A DNA stretch of 64,000 nucleotides from Hirschia sp. (GTDB lineage Bacteria > Pseudomonadota > Alphaproteobacteria > Caulobacterales > Hyphomonadaceae), in NCBI GenBank assembly GCA_002709235.1, contig PAQI01000010.1, positions 200,278-264,277 of the forward strand. The letters are read 5' to 3'. Positions within the stretch are counted from its first letter, which is position 1; every line of letters begins with the position of its first letter. A program made the position numbers and the translations under genes. Of this stretch, positions 41,101-48,300 are shown piece by piece. The notes below the pieces were generated by a model. That model was not told the origin of the DNA. It worked only from the letters and a program-made list of their open reading frames with translations, and did no database searches.

Positions 41101-44100
41101 GCCGTGCCATCATTGGCAGTCACGATCAGCTCGAAATTGCCTTCGACAAACGGATCGATTGTGAGGGTTGATCCGTCGATTGAAGCAATCGCTGCACCTG
41201 CTCCAGACAGGCTGAAGGTCAGGGCGTCACCGTCGACATCCGTGAATACGGTTGTCAGGTCAATGATGACCGGTGTGCCCAGTTCAGCAGTCACGTCGTC
41301 AATGGATCCGGTTGGGGCCGTATTGGGTGGCGTGGTTTCGCCAACTGGGGTGAATGTCAGCTTGTCGACACGTGCCCATTCAGCATTGTCACGCGCCCCT
41401 GTGATCTCGATGACGTCGCCGTTCTCGATCTCAAGACCTTCCACCGTGTAGGTCATCAGGCTGCCAGCATTTGCAGCATTGGAACCTGTGTCTGTGTTCA
41501 TGACGATCGTGGCCACGAGCACACCATCGACGCGGATCTCCAGAGGAGACTGGCCGTCGGCTTCGTCGAAGACTGCAAGATCGAGGTCGAACGTGCCGTT
41601 GTCACCAGCCCATGTGTACATCATGGTTCCGGTCGTTGGCGAACCTTCAACTGTTCCAGTGAACAGGCCAGCATATTCGCCGCCAGAAGCTGCTGCGCTC
41701 GTTTCGACGACATAGCCGTCGAGAACCAGGTCTTCAGCTTCGATTACGACAGGCTCACCAGTCGGAGTTGGTGTCGGCGTGGTCAATTCGCCGGTCTGGG
41801 CGAAAGCCAGCTTGTCGATACGAACTTCTTCATTGTTGTTCTTTGTACCAACCAGTTCGATTACATCACCCGTACGCAGTTCCAGACCTGGGATCGGAAA
41901 CTCCTTGAGCGTGCCGCTGGTCATGTAACCGGCGGATGTGGCTCCATCCATGTCGATGGTGGCAACCAGTTCGTCATTCACAAAAATGTCGATGGAGGCT
42001 GCGCCATCATTTTCGTCAAAGGCCGAGAGGGTCAGCGTGTAGACGGCATCGCCACCAGCAAATGTGTAAGCCAGCGTGCCTTCTGTTGCGCCGCTGTTGA
42101 ACAGCGATGCAACTGCACCTTCAGATGCCAGGCCGGTGTTCTCGACGATGAAGCCTTCAGCGATGATGCTTTCGGCCTCGACTTCGAAGGTTTCACCAAC
42201 GGGTGTTGGCAGGGTAGCGGAGACAGTGAAGGTAACAGGCGCGCTGTCCACTGTGCCGTCATTGGCTGTCACGGTCAGGGCGAAATCGCCTGCTGCGGCT
42301 GGGTCGATGGTCAGTGTGGAACCATCAATGGAACCAGCGGCTGCACCTGCACCAGAAAGCGTGTAGGTGAGGGCGTCACCGTCAATGTCGCTGAATGCTG
42401 CATCCAGATCGATGGTGATGGGTGTGCCGACGACCGCGTCAACATCTGCAATGTCACCGGTTGGTGCCGTGTTGGTTGGTCCTGGCGTGCCGTCAATCGG
42501 CGTGAAGGTCAGCGTGTCGATACGTACCCACTCATCGGCATTTTGCGTCGCCGCGATCTGGATCGTGTCGCCAGCTTCAAGGCTGAGACCAGCGATGGTG
42601 AAGTCCAGCAGATTGCTGGCTTTCATGCCGCCAGAGTTTGTCGAATTGTTCATCGTGATGGTCTGGACCAGCGAGCCATTGACCAGGACATCGAACGAGC
42701 TTGCACCGTCATTCTCATCAAAGGCTGCGATCGTCAGGTCATATGTGCCCTCACCACCAGCGAATGTGTAGGCGAGCGTGCCGGATGTGTTGCCACTGTT
42801 CAGCAGCGACGCGACCTGGCCATCGGAGGCCGGCGAAGAGTTCTCGACAATGAAGCCATTGGCGATGATGTCTTCGGCTTCAACAACAATCGTGCTGCCA
42901 CCTGCAACTGGAGCCGTTGCAGACACTGTGAAGGTCACAGGCGCACTGTCGACCGTGCCGTCATTTGCCGTGACAGTGATGTCATAGCTGCCTGCCGCAA
43001 AGGCGTCGACCGTAAGCGTTGATCCATCAAGGCTAGCAATCGAGGCCCCTGGACCAGAGATCGAGAATGTCAGCGCATCGTCGTCCGCGTCAGTGAAGAG
43101 CGTGGAGAGGTCAAGTGTGACAGGTGTACCGACAACAGCGTTTACGTCAGCAATGTCGCCTTCTGGTGCGGTGTTGGTCGGGGTTGGAGCCGGGGTGGTG
43201 TCACCTTCAGGTGTGAAAGTGAGCTTATCGACACGTGCCCATTCTGCGTTGTCGCGGTTACCCGTGATTTCGACAATGTCACCTGATTCCAGCGAGAGAC
43301 CGGCAACCGAGTAGGTGATCAGGCTGGCTGCATTGGCAACGCCCGAACCCGTGTCAGTATTCATAGAGACAGTTTCGATCAGGACGCCATTCACGCGGAC
43401 CTCGAGGGTCGAGTTACCGTCTGATTCGTCAAACACATCCAGGTAGAGCGTGTAGTCGCCTGCACCGCCTGTGAATGTGTAGGTCATGGTGCCTGTCGTT
43501 GGCGAACCTTCAACCGTACCGGTGAACAGTCCGGCATATTCGCCACCGGAAGCAGCACCGCTGGTTTCTACCACATAGCCATTCAGGACCAGGTCTTCAG
43601 CTTCCACAACAATGGATTCGCCCGTAGGGGTTGGAGCCGTTGCAGACACTGTAAAGGTCACAGGTGCGCTGTCGACCGTGCCGTCATTTGCCGTGACGGT
43701 GATGTCGAAGCTGCCTGCTGCCGAAGCATCGAGAGTCAGTGTCGAACCATCAAGGCTAGCAATCGAGGCGCCTGGACCAGAGATCGAGAATGTCAGCGCA
43801 TCGTCATCCGCGTCAGTGAAGAGCGTGGAGAGGTCAAGCGTGACGGGCGTGCCGACAACAGCGTTTACGTCAGCAATGTCGCCTTCTGGTGCGGTGTTGG
43901 TCGGTGTCGGAGCCGGTGTGGTGTCACCTTCAGGTGTGAATGTCAGCGTGTCGATACGAACCCATTCATTGGCGTTCTGTGTCGCCATGATCTGAACGAG
44001 GTCGCCAGCTTCCAGGCTTAGGCCGGTAACTGTGAAGTCGAGCAGGTTGCTGGCTTTCAGTGCGCCAGAGCCCGTTGCGTTGTCCATTGTAAGCGTTTGA

Positions 44101-44834
44101 ACGAGCGTGCCATTGACCAGGACGTTCAGCGTGCTTGCGCCATCGTTTTCGTCAAAGGCTGCAATGGTCAGTGTGTAGTCACCTGTTCCACCGCCAAATG
44201 TGTAGTTGAGCGTGCCGGAAGTGCCGCCACTGTTCAGCAGGGACGCAACCTCACCGCCTGATGCCAGGCCAGTTGCCTCGACGACAAAACCGTTGGCAAT
44301 GATGCTTTCCGCTTCAATGACGAGGGGCTCGGCTGAAGGTGTGGGGGTAGGCGTAGGAGCTGGTGTTGGGGTGACTTCACCCAGCGGTGAAAAGGTCAGC
44401 TTGTCGACGCGCGCCCATTCAGCAAGGTCTCTGGAACCGGTGATCGTGATCACGTCACCGAATTCAAGGTCCAGGTCGTTGAGTGTGTAGGAAATCAGGG
44501 ACGTTGCGGACACACCACCATCACCGGTGTTGGTGTTCATCACAACCGTGTCGATCAGTGTGCCATTGATACGCACTTCAAGAGGCGAGGCACCGTCGTT
44601 CTCGTCATAGACAAAAAGCTCCAGATCATAAGCACCGTCGCCACCTTCAAATGTGTAGGTGAGTGTTCCGGATGTCGGAGAGCCGTCGACTGAGCCATTG
44701 AACAGGGAGGCATAGGAGCCACCTGAGGCTGAGCCGTGGTCCGCGACCACATATCCATTTGTGATAATGTCTTCGGCTTCAATAGTAAGAACGCCGGTTG
44801 CTTCGTCAATTGAGCTTATTGTGCCGTCGGCCAT
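38118..44834 (-). CDS. Giant secreted repeat protein with novel beta-module repeats, cadherin-like/Ig domains, VCBS-like repeats and a shared C-terminal domain
   Basis: The 2238 aa protein has six ~145 aa modules of the form IEAEDxxxNGxVVE..ASGG..A.LxN...GTLxYTF.GG.G.YDL.L..FDE.DG.S.L.V.VNG.L....M......NAEWARVDKLTF. These are separated by PT linkers and about 9 ~90 aa domains of the form NTAPxGDIxDVxAxxGTPVxLDLSxLFTDADGDALTFS.SGxGAxIASLDGSTLTxDP..AG.F.LTVTANDG..DS.PV.F.V.A, typical of dystroglycan-type cadherin-like (putative Ig) domains. PVNDAP-type repeats follow, then a Ser-rich linker and a ~110 aa C-terminal domain. The ORF is continuous in the six-frame track, and its shadow ORFs on the + strand were rejected. 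Confidence 0.85.
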   Translation of the reverse strand: MADGTISSIDEATGVLTIEAEDIITNGYVVADHGSASGGSYASLFNGSVDGSPTSGTLTYTFEGGDGAYDLELFVYDENDGASPLEVRINGTLIDTVVMNTNTGDGGVSATSLISYTLNDLDLEFGDVITITGSRDLAEWARVDKLTFSPLGEVTPTPAPTPTPTPSAEPLVIEAESIIANGFVVEATGLASGGEVASLLNSGGTSGTLNYTFGGGTGDYTLTIAAFDENDGASTLNVLVNGTLVQTLTMDNATGSGALKASNLLDFTVTGLSLEAGDLVQIMATQNANEWVRIDTLTFTPEGDTTPAPTPTNTAPEGDIADVNAVVGTPVTLDLSTLFTDADDDALTFSISGPGASIASLDGSTLTLDASAAGSFDITVTANDGTVDSAPVTFTVSATAPTPTGESIVVEAEDLVLNGYVVETSGAASGGEYAGLFTGTVEGSPTTGTMTYTFTGGAGDYTLYLDVFDESDGNSTLEVRVNGVLIETVSMNTDTGSGVANAASLITYSVAGLSLESGDIVEITGNRDNAEWARVDKLTFTPEGDTTPAPTPTNTAPEGDIADVNAVVGTPVTLDLSTLFTDADDDALTFSISGPGASIASLDGSTLTVDAFAAGSYDITVTANDGTVDSAPVTFTVSATAPVAGGSTIVVEAEDIIANGFIVENSSPASDGQVASLLNSGNTSGTLAYTFAGGEGTYDLTIAAFDENDGASSFDVLVNGSLVQTITMNNSTNSGGMKASNLLDFTIAGLSLEAGDTIQIAATQNADEWVRIDTLTFTPIDGTPGPTNTAPTGDIADVDAVVGTPITIDLDAAFSDIDGDALTYTLSGAGAAAGSIDGSTLTIDPAAAGDFALTVTANDGTVDSAPVTFTVSATLPTPVGETFEVEAESIIAEGFIVENTGLASEGAVASLFNSGATEGTLAYTFAGGDAVYTLTLSAFDENDGAASIDIFVNDELVATIDMDGATSAGYMTSGTLKEFPIPGLELRTGDVIELVGTKNNNEEVRIDKLAFAQTGELTTPTPTPTGEPVVIEAEDLVLDGYVVETSAAASGGEYAGLFTGTVEGSPTTGTMMYTWAGDNGTFDLDLAVFDEADGQSPLEIRVDGVLVATIVMNTDTGSNAANAGSLMTYTVEGLEIENGDVIEITGARDNAEWARVDKLTFTPVGETTPPNTAPTGSIDDVTAELGTPVIIDLTTVFTDVDGDALTFSLSGAGAAIASIDGSTLTIDPFVEGNFELIVTANDGTADSAPVSFTVTAEEANIAPTGDIDDVNATIGTPVVLDLSTLFTDANGDALTFSVSGAGAAIASLDGSTLTLDPQTAGDFELTVTANDGEDDSDPVSFTVTAAPDNSAPTGDIDDVNATIGTPVVLDLLTLFTDADGDEMTFSLSGGGAAIASLDGSTLTIDPQAVGTYGLSVTANDGAVDSEPVIFNVTANFPNNAPETTLGDLTMDLGEPLVIDLNNFFSDADSDALTFSLGGADAAVATLDGATLTIDPANAGDFELTITATDGEDSVDADITVTTLPPNSAPQGYLFDFALDLNSEIAINLDSAFFDIDGDDLSFTLTAGQAALFTTLDGSTLTINPTDPDLWGEFDITITANDGEVDSTPVTFTLSIPDTNQGPTGTPTAVLTNGIEDTPTVVSEAQLLEGLTDPEGDAMQITSISSSNGGVVDNRNGSYTVVTTQNFTGALTLTYTVSDGKSGLLENVTQTLNITNVNDAPVIADLSGLDLTLDEDETVEATPAEIQAYLGALVADVDGDVVTVSLTFTYPVESGLAEEVIVVNPAEDFSWTPPQDYNGDITLTVLADDGELSTTKQATLTVLPVNDAPVVADLTGLILPTEEDTPVDATVAEINAYLDAYTSDVDGDEVNLTITLTYPEISGIADETIVVDRGQPLSWTPPADFTGPVAATLVFDDGAGEANSQVTQVVTIAVTPVNDAPTAVDDAFTVPGDGTTNAFNVLADNGNGVDFDIDGDAISVVAASGTTANGGSVTIDETGAISYTSAVGYYGEDTFTYTLTDGAETSTAVATFTVEPVDVLPIAVDDEFYLSAGGSVSGNVLADNGNGADFDPDGGTVTFLYPSQWVSEGTLTLSSNGDFTFTAPNYDFSANPITFQYVIQDDEGDTAEGTAVFFYEAPSSPASSAMSSIGPMARSSSADSSSSSDAGQQTGGPSDFLLDAAFGQRADVSSVQMITDLGQSFATGTVMPVFESDLQVLDALYGGDAGGMFAHTDDYFLTS

Positions 44835-45324
44835 GGTAGATCCCCACCCTAGGTAAGATACTGAACAATTGACGCCAAAATCTCATGTTAGGGAATTGTT
44901 TACTACCTGATTCAACTCGATGGTGTGCAAATAATATGTATTTCCGGTAATATACCTTTTGACGCGAATATTAGGCATATTGCTTAACCCTAACAGGGAA
45001 AATGAATGCCTGTTGGTTTATGAAAATATAATATAATTCAGTAATTTAGATGAAAATTTACTGCTAATTATTTGGAATGGGGGTGGTTATTGTTAATTCT
45101 CCATAAATGCGTTTAACGTCGATCAAATACTCCCGTCAGGTTGAGTTTATAACGTATAAATCTCCTGCTGAGTGAAGAGGCTTGTGCTCTTTACATTAAA
45201 GGTCTGGAGACAGTTTTCCATATGCGGGTTTGAGGGCGGAACTGGTCTGATCATTGCTAGATAGGACCGACAGGATGCAACCGTTTCGCCCCGTTGGGGA
45301 ATAAACACTCGCGTCCTCCGATTA
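44835..45324. promoter_or_regulatory. AT-rich divergent promoter/regulatory region between the two giant genes
   Basis: The 490 bp region is markedly AT-rich (about 35% GC vs about 58% in the window; eyeballed, not computed). It contains many A/T tracts and lies between divergently transcribed giant ORFs. Confidence 0.4.
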
Positions 45325-48300
45325 TTGAGCCATTGCGGTACGTGGAGGTACATTGGCATGAGTGAGATCGCTGATATCGGCACCGGGCTGACCGAGGTTG
45401 AGACGCTTACGCTCTCGGGAAGCTATGAAGTCGAGACAGTAACCGGGGCATCTGGTGGTGCCGTGGTGCAAACTCTCAGCGATGTGAGTGCAGGCCAGGC
45501 TATAGGTATCTTTAATGGTGCCGCAGGTACTTATGAGTTCACAATAAACTATATAGACGGCGCAAACGGTGCCTCTGATATTGTTGTGCTGGTCAATGGC
45601 GGCGCAGTTCACTCCTGGGCAGCCAATGGTACCGCAGGCGCAGCCAGCGAAGTTTTCCAGCTCGAATTGTCACCCGGCGACGAGATCTCGATCTCCGGTG
45701 TCAAGGATGGCGATGACCTGGCGCGTCTGGACTCGATCAACCTGTCTCCGGTTGGTACGATGACCGAGCCAGCGAGTTTCACAATCGAAGCCGAGGATAT
45801 TATCGGTGCCGGATATGTCGTGGAAACCTCCACCAAGGCATCAGGCGGAAAACTGGCATCGCTCTTTGACGGCTCGACAGCAAATTCTGCCACCTCCGGC
45901 ACGCTTAGCTACACATTCGACCAGACCGCAGGCATCTACGATCTTGATCTGACCGTTTTCGACGAGTCCGATGGCGCATCGACAATTGATGTGCGGGTCA
46001 ATGGCGAACTTATCACGACATTTACACTCGATGCACCGACCAGCTCGGCTGGTGTGTCGAACAACAGCAGACTTGTCTACTCCGCCGAAGGGTTGGAGCT
46101 GCAGGCAGGCGATTTGATCGAATTAACAGGCAATCAGGACAGTGGCGAATGGGCACGTATCGACAAGCTCGACTTCGTCGCCATTGAGGGAATCATGACC
46201 AGCGAACCGACAACAACAGAACTACCATCCAGCGAAACAGCATCAAGCGGTCCGACGCCGACCAGTAGCGCGCTGGCAGCAGGTGATCTGATCATCGGCC
46301 TGAATGAAGCCGAGGACATGCTCTTGTCCGGCGGTTACACGGTGGAAAACAGTGCGATCTATGCCAATGGGCAAGGCGTTCAAAATGCAGATGTCGGCCA
46401 GACCGTCGGCACCATTGAGGGCACTTTCACGGGCGCTGCCGGTGACTATGAACTGACGGTCGCATATTATGACGAAAGCGATGGAGAAGCTGACTACATC
46501 CTGCTGATCAATGGCTCTGCCGTTGACAGCTGGAGCGGTACTGGCGGCACGTCCATTGAAGGCGACAGGGTAGAACGCACGATTTCTGTCACGCTGACGG
46601 GCAATGACACCATTGAAATCGCAACCCACCGCAATGACAATGGCGAACTGGCACGCATCGACTCCATCGCAATCGAGTCTGCATCCACAACACCAACACC
46701 AACGCCGACTCCCACGCCTACGCCTACACCGACCCCAGCGCCTACACCGACAGGCGAACCGGTTGTTGTGCAGGCTGAAGACATCATCAGCGGCGCTGGT
46801 TATGTGGTTGAAACACACAATGCGGCTGCGGGTGGTGAATTTGCCTCGCTCTTCAACGGCACGGTCGCCAACTCGGCCAGTTCCGGCAAGTTGAGCCACA
46901 CCTGGACAGGTGACACCGGCACTTACGAACTCGTCCTGGATGTCTTTGATGAAGCCGACGGCAATTCCACATTGGAAGTCCGCGTGAATGGCGTCCTGAT
47001 CGACACGGTCACGATGGACACCAACACGAATGTGAACGGCTATAACGCCAACAACCTGATCTCCTACACGGTCGAGGGACTTTCGCTCACATCCGGTGAT
47101 GTTGTTGAAATCACAGGTAACCGCGAGAACGCCGAATGGGCGCGCGTGGACCAGTTGACATTCAACCCTGTCGACACCGGCACACCGACTCCCACGCCAA
47201 CCCCTACACCGACGCCAACGCCGACAAACACGCCGCCAGAAGGCGACATCAATGACGTCAACGCTGTTGTCGGTACACCGGTCACCATTGATCTGGACAG
47301 CCAGTTCAGCGATCTGGACGATGATGCACTGACATATGTCCTGTCCGGCTCCGGCGCATCTGTCGCAACCTTGAACGGCTCGACACTGACCATTGATCCT
47401 TCGGCAGCAGGCAATTACACGCTGACCATCACTGCCAATGACGGCACCGACGACAGCGCGCCTGTGACCTTTACAGTATCTGCGACGTCGCCCACGCCGA
47501 CCAGCGGCCCGATCATCCTCGAAGCAGAGGACATGATCTCCAATGGCTTCGTGATCGAGAACACATCAGTGGCCTCCGAAGGCCAGGTTGCATCCCTGCT
47601 GAATTCCGGTGGAACAACCGGAACGCTGTCTCACACCTTTGCAGGTAGCGCAGGCACCTATGACCTGACAGTGGCCGCATTTGATGAAAATGACGGCGCT
47701 GCAACAATCGATGTTCGTGTGAATGGCGTGCTGATCGACACCATTTCGATGGACAACAACACTTCCTCCGGTGGTCTGAAATCCTCCAACCTGCTCGACT
47801 TCACCGTTTCCGGCCTCGAACTTGAAGCAGGGGATGTTGTCGAGCTGATCGGACATCAAAACTCAGGCGAATGGGTGCGCATCGATACGGTCACGTTCGA
47901 AGGTGTCGCCGGTTCACCAACTCCGACACCGACACCCACGCCGACGCCAACGCCGACCCCCACACCGACGCCTCTTCCTGAGCCTTTCGAGGTTGAAGCA
48001 GAATCCATCATCTCCAGCGGTTTCATCGTGGAGAACACCGGTCTGGCATCAGATGGCAAGGTTGCGTCCCTGTACAATAGTGGCGCAACACAAGGCACGC
48101 TGGCTTACACATTTGCTGGTGGCGATGCCGTCTACACACTGACCCTTTCCGCCTTTGACGAGAATGATGGTGCAGCCACTATCGACATTCTGGTCAATGA
48201 CGAACTGGTCGCAACCGTCGACATGGATGGGGCAACGTCAGCTGGCTATATGACCAGCGGCACGCTCAAACAGTTCGAGATCCCAGGTCTGGAACTGCGC

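Noticed and set aside
40603-41451. Multiple 60-280 aa plus-strand ORFs (Ser/Val/Ala/Thr-rich) inside giant gene 1, and similar minus-strand ORFs inside giant gene 2
   Set aside because: These are low-complexity translations of the antisense strand of the repeat-encoding DNA. The sense-strand giant ORFs are continuous and domain-structured.
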